Shown: piece after piece, positions 14,101-29,100 of the stretch
Layout: each line of letters starts with the position of its first letter
Position numbering within the stretch: the first letter of the stretch is position 1
Assembly (NCBI RefSeq): GCF_902713615.1
Contig: NC_052163.1
Location: 103,222,622 to 103,286,621 of the forward strand
DNA: 64,000 nt
Origin: Scyliorhinus canicula
Taxonomy: Eukaryota
Reading direction: 5' to 3'
Position numbers and translations under genes: made by a program
Notes under the pieces: generated by a model
Database searches by the model: none
What the model was told of the DNA's origin: nothing
The model's input: the letters and a program-made list of their open reading frames with translations, nothing else

Positions 14101-17100
14101 GGAGTTACATTGTCAGGCGTGAACATTAATGTACATGTGCTTCTGCTTCAAAGCCAATGTAGTATACTCTGTACAAAAGAGTCAACTTTTAATTTACTTT
14201 AAAATATACAATGTTTGAGTAATTTTCTGCAGAAACAAATAATGATTTGAATCACATCTGTGATATAGGAAATCAATATCCTCATTAGAAAGTGAAAATA
14301 TATGAATTGAGATGTATTGAAAATAGCTGCCCATAAACAAACCTGTTTTACTTGATGCACAGATCAATGCTTTTACAAAAGTTGGAAGAGGAAAGTGAAT
14401 AATGACACTTTTCATCAGTCAGTGAATCATTAAAAGAAAGGTGCTGGGAAGTAGGGGAGTGGGGAATCAATGAAGTGTTATCATTAAAAGCATAGAGAAT
14501 GTGGCCTGCAGAAATAATTTGAAGTGAAAAGTTATTGGACAACGGGAAGTAATGTCACAAATGGCAAATGATGTTGAGGCAATATGGCATTGAAGAGAAA
14601 AATGAGATCATAACTTGAATAGTAAAACTGTTCAAATTTACTGGGAAAGTTTAGTGAACGATACTATCAGGTTTGGAGATAAGGGAAGTATCGGTTTGAA
14701 GATTCAAGTGGAATCATTCTGTGGTGACATTTACAAGATTTAATAAAAGCCTGAAGATTAGAGACCACACAAAATGACACTTACCTTAGGGAGATTACTT
14801 TGCAGTCTGTAAACTCAGTGTTTATTTCACTCCTCCGGTAAATTAAGTTGAGCTGCGAGAAAGATATTCTCAGTGTAACTAAGGTGAAAATATAAATGAC
14901 CAGCACTTAATTTTAATAAATATTGTTCTGAAGGCCCACCTGATGAATAATAATAGTTGATGCTGATTGGTACAGGAGCGATGTGTGGTCGTGTAGTGAT
15001 TCCATGTATGGCAAACTTGTTATTGTGAAGGTCACATTAAACCCAGGTGGAGATTGATTCTGGATTGATATTTGTGCTGGACATACAGGGAATTATACAA
15101 TGAAATACGCAGTGTATCTGCAGTGCTGATTATTTTACAATTCCACTTGCTGTTTACAAAATTCATACGAAGTGAAAGGAACATTTGCAACAAATGATTG
15201 GAAAGTCAAAATTCATTTTTACCGAATGATTATGCAGTGTGAATAGTTACCACATTACTTATTTAGTTAGAACGAGTATATTGCAGAATTAATAGGGAAA
15301 ATAGATTAAGGGAAAAATGAAAGACCTTGCTAAATTAAGCAAATGTACACGTTAAGGGTGAGTACCACAGTGTACAGAAATGAAACCAGCTGAAACCATC
15401 ATACTCACTGGTCGGTGATGTTGTTTCATGATAGCCTGAAAACAAAATAAATTAATGAGTCAGAATTTTTCCTCAACCTAGTAAAAAATATGTTCTGCTT
15501 TTTGTGCAGTCCCCTTAGTGAAGCAATTGAAAAGAGTCATAAGTTAACATTGTAGTACGCCTTTCCTAATGTAGAAGCTGTATTTAAGGAATATCCACAC
15601 AAATATAATACTATATCATCGTACAAATTATCTGATGCATATTTCTCAGAACATAGTTCACAGTGCGATTTGCGAGTGGTTTCTACGGAATATAGTAAAA
15701 CAAGAATTCATACCATTCACATAGAGACTGTCTCTGTCCAGAGAATATGGTCTCAAATCAGTGATGTTTTCTGTGTTGTAATTGAACTGATGGTACACAG
15801 TAACTCGATCAACTTGCTGTGCAGCAGAATTGTTGTTGAAAGAACAGTTCGCATACACTTTGGTCTTCTTACTGTCTGTTGCACTGCCAAACCACAAAAC
15901 AATAGCAATTAAAGCAACATGAAATCGAATGCCGAGGTAAACCTGGAGATGTTCTCATGTATAATACTTTTTACTTGATGGATCGATCAACGCTTTTGCA
16001 AAAGTTGCAAGAGGGATCGTAAATAATGATGCTTTTCAATAGTCAGTGAATCATTCGTAGAAAGGAATTGGGAAGTCGGGAAGTGGCGAATCAATGTAGT
16101 GTTATCATTAAAAGCATAGAGAAAGTGGTTTGCAGAAATAAATTGAGGTGAAAAGTTATTGGACAATGGGAAGTAATGTCACAAATGGCGAATGATGCTG
16201 ATGCAATATGGAACTGAAGAGAAAAATGAGATCATAACTTGAATAGTAAAACAGCTCAAATTTACTGGGACATTTCAGTGAACCACACTATCAGGTTTGG
16301 AGATAAGGGAAGTATCGGTTTGAAGATCCAAGTGGAATAATTCTGTGCTGAAGTTTAAAAGATTTAATAAAAGCCTGAAGATTAAGGACCATCCAAAATA
16401 ACACTTACCTTAAGGAGATTACTTTGCAGTCTGTAAATTCAGTGTTTATATCACTCTTACGGTAAATTAAGTTGAGCTGCAAGAAAGTAATTCTCAGTGT
16501 AACTAAGGTGAAAATATAAATGACCAGCACTTAATTTTAATAAATATTATTCTGAAGGCCCACCTGATGAGCAATAATAGTTGATGCTGATTGGTACAGG
16601 AGTGAAGTGTGGTCGTGTAGTGATTCCATGTATGGCAAACTTGTTATTGTGAAGGTCACGTTAAACCCAGGTGGAGGTTGGTTCTGGATTGATATTTGTG
16701 CTGGAAATATAAGGAATTGTACAATGAAATACACAGTGTATCTGCAGTGCTGATTATTTTATAATTCCATTTGCTGTTTACAAAAGTCATACGAAGTGAA
16801 AGGAACATTTGCAACAAAGGATTAGAAAGTTTAAAATTCATTTTTACTGAATGATTGCGCTGTGTAAAAAGTTACCACTTTAAATATTTGGTTAGTACCA
16901 GTATATTGTAGAATTAATAGGGAAAATAGATTAAGGGAAAAATGAAAGACCTTGCTAAATGAAGCAAAGATACATGTTAAGGTTGAGTACCGCAGTGTAC
17001 AGAAATGAAACGAGCTGAAACCATCATACTCACTGGTCGGTGATGTTGTTTCATGATAGCCTGAAAACAAAATAGCGTCACTTTAATGAGTCAGAATTTT

Positions 17101-20100
17101 TCCTCAACCTAGCAGAAAATATGTTCTGCTTTTTGTGCAATAACCTCAGTGAAGCAATTGAAAAGACTCATAAGGTAACATTGTAGTACACCTTTCCCAA
17201 AGCAGAAGCTGTATTTAAGAAATATCCACACGAAGATAAGATGATATCAAAGGACAAATTATATGATGCATATTTCTCAGGAACAATAGTTCCCAATGGG
17301 ATTTGCGAGAGGTTTCTACAGAATAATGTAAAATGAGCAGTCTGTTCATACCATTCACATAGAGACTGTCTCTGTCCAGAGAATATGGTCCCAAATCAGT
17401 GATGTTTTCTGTGTTGTAATTGAACTGATGGTACACAGTAACTCTATCAACTTGCTGTGTAGCAGAATTGTTGTTGAAAGAACAGATTGCATACGCTTTG
17501 GTCTTCTTACTGTTTGTTGCACTGCCAAACCACAAAATAATAGCAATTAAAGCAACATGAAATAGAATGCTGAGGTAAACCTGGAGATGATCTAATGTGT
17601 ATTGCTTCTCACCAGAAGCCATCAGTTCATTCTCTGAGTGTCTGAACAGGTATTTTCACCGAAGCACCCTCTTTTACAAAGAAGGAACACAATATTCAAG
17701 AGTTTTGTACACAACACATTGTGGTTCCCACGGACAACTCTCTGGAAGGCTGGTGCAATGTCTGAGGTAGGAAAATCTTGGCAGTAACTAACAGGTTATA
17801 TTGTCAGGTCCAAATATCAGTTTGCCCTTGCTGCTACTGCAAAGCAAAGGTCTTATACATGGTTTGTACAATAGCACCAACTTTTCATTTGTATTCAAGT
17901 ATACAACGTTTGAGTAGATTTTAAAAGAACGTCAAATGAAAAAGTAATTCTCTGCAGAAATGAATAATGATTTGAATCACATCTGTGATAGGGAAAATCA
18001 GGATTCACACCAAAATGTGACAATATGGGAATTGAGATGTATTGAAAATGGCTGCCTAAAAACAAATCCTTTGTACTCGATGGATGGATCACTGCTTGTG
18101 AAAAAATTTAAACAAGGATAATGAATAATGACACCTTCCATTAATCAGTGAATCATTAATAGAAAGGTATTGGGAAGTAGGGGAGTGGGGAATCAATGGG
18201 CGAAATTCTCCGCCCCCCACGACGGGTGGGAGAATAGCGGGAGGGCCTTCCCGACATTTTTGCCGCCCTCCCGCTATTCTCCCCTCCCCCCGCCGAAGTC
18301 CCGACCCGAATCGCTGCCGCCGTTTTTTTACGGCCGGCAGCGATTCTCAGCTGTTAGATGGGCCGAAGTCCCAGCCCTTTCCGCCGTTTTTACGAACGGC
18401 AAACACACCTGGTCTTGCCGTTCGTAAAAACGGCGTCACAAACTCGCTATTAATAACCATGGCACCGATTGGCACGGCCGTGCCAAGGGTGCCATGGGCC
18501 CGCGATTGGTGGGCACCGATCGCGGGCAGCGGGCCCGATGCCCGCGCACTACTTGTCCTTCCGCCGCCCCGCAGTATCCATTCGCGGGGCGGCTGAGGGG
18601 CAACCCGGCCCGCGCATGCGCTGGTTTCGCGCAAAAACGCGATGACGTCTCCCGCGCATGCGCGGGTTGGAGTCTTCCAAACTGCGCATGCGCGGCTGAC
18701 GTCATATGACGCGTCAGCCGGCGCTAACTCCGGCAAGCGGGCTTAACGATTTTCGTTAAGCCCGTCTTGCCGGAGCCTACGGCGTCGGGCTGCTAGCCCC
18801 GACCGGGGACCAGAATCGGTCCCCGGTCGGGAAGGGGCGCGCTGCCGTAAAACCCGCCCAGGTTTTACGGCAGCTTTACGATTTCTCCCGTTTTGGGAGA
18901 ATCGCGCCCAATGTGTATATCATTTAAAGCATAGAGAAAGTGGCTTGCAGAAATAATTTGAACTGAAAAGTTATTGGTCAAGGGGAAGTAATGTCACAGA
19001 TGACAAATGATGTTGAGGCAATATAGTATTTCAGAGAAATGAGGTCATAACTTGAAAAAGTAAAACTGTTCAAATTTACTGGGAAAGTTCGGTGAACAAA
19101 ACTGAGATTATCTGCTTTGGAGATAATGGATGTATTGGTTTGAAGATCCAAGTAGAATCATTCTGTGCTGAAGTTTAGAAGATTCAATAAAATCCTGAAT
19201 ATTAAGGAGCATACAAAATAACACTTACCTTAAAGAGATTACTTTGCAGTCTGTAAACTCAGTGTTTATATCACTCTTACGGTAAATTAAGTTGATCTGC
19301 AAGAAAGGTATTCTCAGTGTAACTAAGGTGAAAGTATAAATGCTCAGCACTTAATTTTGATAAATATTGTTCTGAAGGCCCACCTGATGAGCAATAATAG
19401 TTGATGCTGATTGGTACAGGAGTGATGTGTGGTCGTGGAGTGATTCCATGTATGGCAAACTTGTTATAGTGAAGGTCACATTAAACCCAGGTGGAGATTG
19501 ATTCTGGATTGATATTTGTGCTGGAAATATAGGCAATTATACAGTGAAATACACAGTGTAGCTGAGGTGCTGATTATTTTACAGTTACATTTGCTGTTTA
19601 CAAAATTCATATAAAGTGAAAGGAACATTTACAACAATTGATTGTAAAGACAAAATTCATTTTAACTGAATGATTGCACAGTGTGAAAAGTTACCACTTT
19701 AATTATTTAGTTAGAACCAGTATATTGTAGAATTAATGGGGAAAATAGTATTAAGGAAAAAATGAAAGACCTTGCTAAATGAAGCAATGTACATGTTAAG
19801 GGTGAGTACCACAGTGTACAGAAATGAAACCAGCTGAAACCATCATACTCACTGGTCGGTGATGTTGTTTCATGATAGCCTGAAAACAAAATAGTGTGAC
19901 TTAATGAGTCAGAATTTTTCCTCAACCTAGTAGAAAATATGTTCTGCTTTTTGTGCAGTACCCACAGTGAAGCAATTGAAAAGACTCATAAGTTAACGTT
20001 GTAGTACGCCTTTCCTAATGTAGAAGCTGTATTTAAGGAATATCCACACAAATATACTATATCATCGTACAAATTATCTGATGCATATTTCTCAGGAAAA

Positions 20101-23100
20101 TAGGACGGGATTCTGTAATCCTGAGGCTAATTGTTAACGCCGTTGGAAACTCTGTCGTGTTTCTCGACGGCATCAACACGGCCTCAGGATCAGCAATTCT
20201 GGCCTCTACAGGGGACCAGCACGTCACTGGAGCGGTTCACGCCACTTCAGCTGCTGATCCTGGCACCGTCTGGGCCCGCGGGATCCGCGCATGCGCAGTG
20301 GCACCAGTACCAATGCGCACATGCGCAGTTGCACCGGCGTTAATGCGCGCATGCACAGTGGTTTCCTTCAACGCGCTGGCCCCGACACAACATGGTGCAG
20401 GACTACAGGTGCCGGCGCAGAAGAAAGGAGGCTCCAGCCAGAGAGGCCAGCCAATCGGTGGGCCCCGATCGTGGGCCAGGCCACATCGGAGGACCCCCCC
20501 CTCCCCGGTGTCGGAACCCCCCTCCCCACCCACAGGCCGACCCCAACCCTTCCACACTGAGCTCCCGCCGGCTGAGAACAGGTGTGGACGTCGCCGGCGG
20601 GACTCACCGTTTTTACGACAGCCGCTCGGCCCATCGCGGGCCGTGAATCTAGGGCTGGCCGTGCAGAGCAGCCCGCGACCGGTGGAGCACCAACCATGCC
20701 GGTGCCAATGGCGCTGATTCTCTTCTCTGCGGTCGGTCGCGGCGATTCTCCAGCCCGGCCCCAGGCTGAGAAAATACTGCCCATAGGTCGCAGTGCAATT
20801 TGCGAGTGCTTTCTACAGAATATAGAAACAAGAGTTCATACCGTTCACATAAAGACTGTCTCTGTCCAGAGAATATGGTCCCAAATCAGTGATGTTTTCT
20901 GTGTTGTAATTGAACTGATGGTACACAGTAACTCGATCAACTTGCTGTGCAGCAGAATTGTTGTTGAAAGAACAGATTGCATACGCTTTGGTATTCTTAC
21001 TGTCCGATGCACTGCCAAATCACAAAACAATAGCAATTAAAACAACATGAAATAGAATGCTGAGGTAAACCTGGCGATGTTGTAATGTATATTGCTTCTC
21101 TACCAGAAGCCATCAGTTCATTCTATAAAGTTCTGAATCAAGACCTTTTAAAAAGAAGGAATAGCATATTTGACTGTACCGAACAAATTGCATCAACCTG
21201 TGACAACTGCCTGGAAGGCGTGTGCAATGTTTGGGGTAAGAAAATACTGATAGTGACTTGTTAATGTGCTGCAACGGCAAGCCCAAAGTAGTAAATTCAA
21301 TTTATACAACGTGACTACAATGATGTTAAAATATATAATGGGAAGAACTCTCTGTTTAGGAGACTATTTTCTCCCGCCGGAGCTGAATTGCATGTGATTT
21401 GCGCTCCCACATGTCTCTGAGCAATTCAGTATCCCCCGTCATGCAAATTTATGTACGGCGCGGAATATGAGGGATTCATAGAATCATAGAAGCTCTAGAA
21501 TGCAGAAGGTGACAATTCAGCCCATCAAGTCTTCACCTATCCCTCGAAAGTGCTCCCTACTTAGGTCCACTCCCCCACCCTATCCTCACAACCCCACCTA
21601 ACCTGCACCTTAAAAATAAATTTTGCATTACCAATCTACCTCACCTTCACACCCAGAGGTTGGAATCGAACCTCGGTCCTTGGCGCAGTAAGGCAGCAGT
21701 GCTAATCACTGTGCCAGCGTGCAGCCCTCCTTAGGGTATCCTGTTATTGGCTACCATTTTGAGCGAGCAGGCCAGTATCGAAGTCCCTCACAGGGACCCC
21801 CTGCATAGAGGTCCACCCACGGACCCCTCCCCTTCAGAAGAAGGCCACGGTCTGGAAGCTAGAGGGTTATCCAGACAGTGGCTGGTAAAAAAATGACAGT
21901 TGTAGTACTTGCCTGGAAGCACCAGGTCCCCATTCCTGGAAAGACACCAGCTGTGACTTGTGACATCTTCTTCATGGACGAGGATGCATAAGTGCCGAAA
22001 TTGCGATGTTTACAAACCTCTACCACATCAAACAGAGTTAAGTGCCTTCAATTTACAGCACTTCAAAATTGCTCAACTGTGAAGGGCATAATTGGACTGC
22101 ACTTAACTCTCTTTGATGTGGTGGATGTTTGTAAACATTGTGGTTTTAGCAGATTGACTTACTCATCCATGAAGAAGATGAATGGAGCAAGGCTCATAAC
22201 TGCTTTGTGGAAGCTGTCAATCACAGCCCGCAACAAGCATTGTATTAATGGCTTGCAGCTAATGAATCTGAGGGATTGAAACACAGGTCACAGCTGTTCC
22301 CTTTACAGGAATGGACACATGGTGCTTCCATATAAGTTTTACAATTTGATTTTTTTCCCCAGCCACAGTCTGGACTGCTCTCTGGCTTCCAGAGGGTCTT
22401 TTTCCCTGGAGGGTTTGTTGGTGAACCCTCTAGTTTGGGGGTCCCTCTAGGGAGTCTCCCTAATCAGGGGGTCCCTGAGGGGGATGCTCCCTACTAAGGG
22501 GGTCCCAAGGGAGTCTCCCGTTTTAGGGGTAGGGGATGGGGGATGTCTGCTAGGGGTGAGGTGAGAAGGTTGTGCATTATGAGGGGGGAAGAGGGTGGCC
22601 CTCAGATGGAATTTGGGGGTAATCCCCATCAGAAGTTACCCCCTTGGTCCACTGTGAGACCCACCATGGCAGGCTCACATTTGCTGAGACCTTTTGTAAA
22701 TCCACCCATGTGATTCCTGCTGCAGAGAACTGGGGAAACACGCATAGCCACAGGATCGGCATCCTCTCACTGGTGCACCGGCGTGAACCTTGACCCCGCT
22801 GCCAGCACGGGGCAGGAGCATAGCAATTGCTTTGGCACCAGGGGCAAACCACACTTTGGCCAGTGTATGGTTTTCCATACAATCGCGATTCATGATCCTG
22901 GCGCTGAGGGGTGGAAAATTCAACTCAGTTTCTGAAATTGTGTTTAGCTTTAAAAGGACGGATGTTGCAAGTGAAAACCTTGCTATTATTAGAAGAAGTA
23001 TGCAATGAATTGAATCACATTCTGTGATATAGACCATCATTATTTGTAGTGAAGCATGAATCTTAATTTGCCATCAATGAATGACCAAAAAGAAGCAATA

Positions 23101-26100
23101 TTTATCGGAGAAATTTTTGAAAAGGTGGAGGATAAATAATATTATTTTTTCGATTAATTGTTAAATCATTGATCGGTAGTGAGAGCATCAATGTAGGAAT
23201 TTCACAAAGAGCATCAATGTGGGAATTTCACAAAGAGCACAAAAGAAGCAGCTTCATAGAATCCCTTTAGTACAGAAGGAGGCCATTCAGCCCATTAAGC
23301 CCACCCTCTGAAACAGCACCCTACCTAGGCCCAATCCCCCACCCTATCCCCCTAACTCCACCTGGGGCAATTTAGCATGGCCAATCCATCTAACCTATAT
23401 GTCTATGTTCTGCGGTAGGAAACACACAGACACGGGAAGAATGTGCAAACTCCACACCAGGTCAGAATCGAACCTGGGTCTCTGACAACGTGAGGCGGCA
23501 GTGCTAACCACTGTGCTAACGTGCCGCCCATACACCACTGTTTTTAGACAATGGGAAGGAATGTCACAAGCAGTAATTGATGCTGTGGTGACAAGGCATT
23601 TAAGAGAAATTACATTATCACTTGAAAAGAATAACTTCGAAATTGCTGGACATGTCCAGTGAAATCAATTAAATTATCAGCTTTCGAGATAACCATAGTA
23701 TTGGGTTGATGAGCCAACTGGAATCATTCTGTGCTGAAGTTTAGAAGATTCAATGAAAACTGAAAATGAAGGACCATACACTTACCTTAAGGATATTACT
23801 TTGCAGTCTGTAAACTCAGTGTTTATAGCACTCTTACGGTAAATTATGTTGAGCTGCAAGAAAGATATTCTCAGTGTAACTAAGGTGAAAATATATATGA
23901 TCAGCACTTAATTGTATTAAATATTGTTCTGAAGGTGTACCTGATGAGTAATAATAGTTGATGCTGATTGGTACAGGAGCGATGTGTGGGTGTGTAGTAA
24001 TTCATTGTATGGCAAACTTGTTATAGTGAAGGTCACGTTAAAGCCAGGTGGAGGTTGGTTCTGGGTTGATATTTCTGCTGGAACTATCGGGAATTAGAGA
24101 ATGAAATACACAATGTAGCTGCAGTGCTGATTATTTTACAGTTCCGTTTGTTACATACAGAATTCATGCAAAGTGAAATGAACATTTGCAACAAATGATT
24201 GGAAAATCAAAATTCATTTTAACTGAATGATTGCTCAGTGTGAAAAGTTAGCTTTACGATTATTCAGTTAATTCCAATATATTTTGGAATTAAAATAATA
24301 ATAAAAAGAAAGAAATAATCTTTATTGTCACAAGTAGGCTTACATTAACACTGCAATGAAGTTACTGTGAAAAGTCCCCAGTCGCCACATTCCGGCGCCT
24401 GTTCTGGTACACAGAGGGAGAATTCAGAATTCTCAGCTGGTACGGGAATTGAACCCGCGCTGCTGGCCTTGTTTTGCATCACAAACCAGCTTTCTCGCTC
24501 ACTGAGTTACACCAGTTAAATTAACCGGGGAATATAGAATTAAGCAGAAACGTCTTGCTAAATTAAGCAGATATGCACATTACGTGTGAGTACCACAGTG
24601 TACAGAAATGAAATGAAATGGAACCATCATACTCACTGGTTGGTGGTGTTGATTCATGATAACCTGAAAACAAAATAACGTAATTTACTAATTCAGAATT
24701 TTTTCTCGAGTAGAATCTATGTTACGATTTTGGCGCAAGAACCTTAGTGATGCAATTTAAAAGATACATAAGTTAACACTGATGCGCCCGTTTCCCAGCG
24801 CAGAAGCTGAATTCAAGTGATATGCACTCAAAGAAAATGGCTCGATTCTTCGGTCCCCCAGCTGCAAGTTCCTCAGCAGCCAGCCGTTTGCTGGTGGCGG
24901 GATTCTATCTTGCCACCGTTCATCAATGGTATTTGCCATTGTAACCACAGCATGCCGCCGGAAACACGTGGGTGGATTTGCACTGCCGTACAGAAAAGTG
25001 AGTTGCAACGATCGGAGATTTCCGGCCAATATTGTATTATGTTACAGGTTATCTGATGCACAGATTCTGTGAACCATTGGTCCCAATGGGATTTCCAAGT
25101 GGTTTCGACAATGCAATGTAAAGTAAGCAGTCTGTTCATACCATTCACATAGAGACTGTCTCTGTCCAGAGAATATGGTTCCAAATCAGTGATGTTTTCT
25201 GTGTTGTAATTGAACTGATGGTACACAATAACTCTATCAACTTGCTGTGCGGCAGAATTGTTGTTGAAAGAACAGATTGCATACGCTTTGGTCTTCTTAC
25301 TCTCCGTTGCACTGCCAAACCACAAAATAATAACAGTTAAAGCAACATGAAGTAGAATGCTGAGGTAAACTAGAGATGTTCAAATGTATATTGTTTTGCA
25401 CTGTAATTTATCAATATATTCTTTAAAGACTTGAACAGATGATTTTACAAAAACATTTGTCTTTAAAAACAACATGTTCAACACTTGTGAAGAACACAAT
25501 TCCATCCTCTATGACAACTTTTGAAAGGCATTTGCAATAATCAATAGAATCGGGGAGGAACTTTAGCACTTGTATCCTTTCCCCTACCACACGTAATGAG
25601 TGCGTTTTTGGAGAGTAAGTTGTTTGTGCTTCTTAATGCTCGAGAGTGTGGTCAATTTAAATAATAGCTGCAAGTTTTCGTGGGTTTAAATAAAGAGAAA
25701 TATTTATCGAGATACTCACCATGAACACGTACAAACTCATTCGTCTTGAAAACACACCCTCACCCTGAATGTCCACACACACTCACTGTGATCACACACA
25801 CGCGCACACTCACCCTGAACACACACGCACGCGCACAGACACACATGATTCAATGAAAGAGAATAGTGTCATTTGGCAAGCTGTAAACAAAAAAAATTGT
25901 TTATAGTTCACGTCTTTGGTTTGTTGTGGGCCATCAATGGTTGTGGGCCGTTGAAGGTTGCTTTTTCACTCAGAATGGCTAGTTTATTATTTTTAACAAC
26001 TGAATCATAGAATCTCTACAGTGCAGAAGGAGGCCATTTGGCCCATCGAGTCTGCACCGACTTGAAAGACCACCCTACACAGACCCAATCCCTGTAACCC

Positions 26101-29100
26101 CATCTTACCTTTAGACATGCAGGGGCAATTTATTATGGCCAATCCACCTAACCTACACATCTTTGTGGGAGGGAACTGGAGCACCCGGAGGAAACCCATG
26201 CAGACATGGGGAGAATGTGCAAACTCCTCACAGTCACCCGAGGTCGGAATCAAACCCGGGTTCCTGATACTGTGGGGCAGCAGTGCTAACCACTGTGTCA
26301 CCATGTAGTAGTAGGATTGCCTCAAAGAGATGGATGTTCATTAGGCCATGAATTTAATCACTTTTAATTTCTCTCCACTAGGAAATCAAATTCTTTACAG
26401 GTCGACTTGGAATAGAAATCAGGCGAGAAGACTTTAAGTGAAGTCTCCAGATTTTAAAAGGCATGTGAAGGGGGAAAGTTTTTATCATTGTATGAGAATT
26501 AGTTTTAAAACTCTAGTCATCCACTAAGTTCTGAAGATATTAAAAAATCTTCTGTAACAATCTGTGTCACATTATCTGCTGGCTGAATTTCCTAGCTGTA
26601 AAAAAAAACCCCAAGGACACAGCTTGCTGTTGCTGGGGCCCCAGGAAAGGGAAGCATCGATGGTCATTCTCAATGACGACAATAATAATGAGATCATTCA
26701 CCATTATACTCTGGTGCCAAATTGTCGAGAGTAGCCAGAAAGGGAGGCATAATCACAAACAAAGAACTGTTGATTGCTGTAAAGCTTTTATCTTGGAAAA
26801 AAGGCATTATAAGTTTGGGGACTCAGAGAGGAGAGGTGATTGATATGCAGAGACCCGATACCAAGAAACTGGTAATAAATATTAGAGGACAGCATGTATG
26901 TGTCCTTGTATTGAAACGAGAGGGAAAATGCTGGAAAATCTCAGCAAGTCTGGCAGCATCTGTAGGGAGAGAAAAGAGCTAACTTTTCAAGTCCGATGAC
27001 TCGTTGTCAACTCTTTGTCCTTGCATTGATTGGATATTATAATTAAGTAGATGCTAGAGCATCGGGTGTCCTTATATGCCGATGACTTGCTGTTATACGT
27101 GTCGGAACCGAGTGTGTCGACAGGGGGAATATTGGAGCTGCTTTGAGTGTTTGTGTCTTTCTCGGAGTACAAACTAAATCTAGCCAAGAGTGAGTATTTT
27201 GTGGTGTATTGGCAGGGGGTGGGTGCAAGCGTGGGGGGGCTGCCATTCCGTAGGGCAGGGACTCACTTTAGGTACCTCGGGGTGCAGGTTGTGTGAGGGA
27301 GGGGGGGGGGTGGGGAGGGGGAGCTCCGCAGGTACAACATGTCTAGTTTGGTGGAGAGAGTGAAAGCTGATCTGGCAAGGTGGGATGGTCTCTCTGTCCC
27401 TGGCCGGTCAGTGTCACCGCAATTTCTGTTTATTTTTCAATACCTGCCATTTTCCTGCCAAAGGCTTTTTTCAGAGAGATTGAGGGAAGGATTATTTCAT
27501 TCATATGGGGAGGAAAGGTGGCCAGAGTTAGTAAGGTGCTGCTACAGAGGGGAAGGCAGGCAGGGGGTTTGGGTCTTCCGAACCGGATGTATTACTATTG
27601 GGCGGCAAATGTGGAGAAGGTGCGGAGCTGGGTAAGAGGGGTTGATTTTCAGTGGGTCAGATAGGAGGAGAGCTTGTGCAGTGGGTGGAGATTGAAAGCT
27701 CTAGCAACAGCGCCGCTTCCGATAGCCCCGGTGAACTACTCAGGGAGTCCGGTGATAATAGCTTCATTGAGAATTTGGAGGCAGTTTTGCCAACACTTCT
27801 GGTTGGGGGCAGGGTCAAGGGAAATGCTGATTTGCGGGTACCACAGATTTGACACAGGGAGGTGGGATGGAAATTTTCAGAAATGGGAGAAGAGGATTAA
27901 GACACTGAAAGATTTGGGCCGTTTGCAGCCGACTTTCGCGATGGCCTCAGAGCCTGCTCCCCACACCTAATTCACCCCCACCCGGGGGGCTAGGAGCGGA
28001 GCTCCGTTCTTCTCGGCGGCGCACCGAGAATGACGCGACGGCGGCGCCTCTATGACGTCAACCGCGCATGCGCAGGTTGGCCGGCTCCAACGTGCGCATG
28101 CGCGGCTGACATCATGACGCTGACGGCACGAACCCGCGCATGCGTGGTGGCCGTCTTTCCCCTCAGCTGCCCCGCAAGGCATGGTGGCTTGATCTTGCCG
28201 GGCGGCAGATGGGAAATAGTGTGTCCGATTTGGACGCCGGTCTGGCGATCGGTGGGCACCGATCGCGGGCCTGTCCCCTCCCCAGCACAGTCGTGGTGCT
28301 CTTTTCTTCCTAGGCCCCCTACAAGCCCCAAATGTGCATCTCACGCCCGTTTCACGGCGGCAGCGACCAGGTGTGGTTGCTGCCGTTGTCAAACGGTCGC
28401 GAATGGCAGGCCACTCGGCCCATCGGGGTCGGAGAATCGCCGTGAAAAACGGCGAGCGGCGATTCATCCGAGCCGGGGGGGGGGGGGGGCGGGGGGGGGG
28501 GGGGGGGGGGGAATTGCGGGGGGCGCGAGGAGGGTGTGAAAAATGTCGGGGGGGCCCTCCCGTGATTCTCCCACGCCGCGTGGGGAGCGGAGAATCCCGC
28601 CCTTGTTTCTTAGGGGTTGGTTTGCAGGATTGAAGGGGCTGGAAGCGAAGTATGGGCTGCAGCAGGGGAAAATGTTTAGATACATGCAGGTTCGAGATTT
28701 TGCCAGAAAGGTGACACAGAACTTCCCGGTGGAGTTGGACTGCACATTGCTGGAGGAGGTGCTGACGATGAGGTGACTGGAGAAGGGGGTAGTGTCAGCG
28801 GTTTACGGAGATATTTTGGAAGAGAAGAAGGCACCACTGGAAAGGATCAAAGCAAAGTGGGAGGAAGAATTGGGAGAGGATATGGAGGAGGGGTTCTGGT
28901 GTGAGATGCTCCGGAGAGTGAATGCCTCCACCTCGTGTGTGGGGTTGGGGCTGAGACAGCTGAAGGTGGTGCACAGAGCACACCTCACGAGGGCGAGGAT
29001 GAGCCGATTCTTTGAAGAGTAGAAGCTGTGTGTGAACGTTGCGGAGGGAGGAGGGGGGGGGGGGGGGGGGCTAATCATGTTCATATGTTTTGGTCCTATC

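Larger units (their letters stand above)
10838..25440 (-). repeat. Type II genomic tandem duplication block (exons plus introns, period ~1.6-2.3 kb where free of TEs)
   Basis: Near-identical exons and alignable introns; exon D spacing 2262, 1999 and 1638 bp. Confidence 0.9.

Noticed and set aside
13611-17622. Hydrophobic N-termini of track ORFs (e.g. ILFHVALIAIILWFG) suggesting signal or TM segments
   Set aside because: They are translated AT-rich polypyrimidine tracts upstream of the exon D acceptors.
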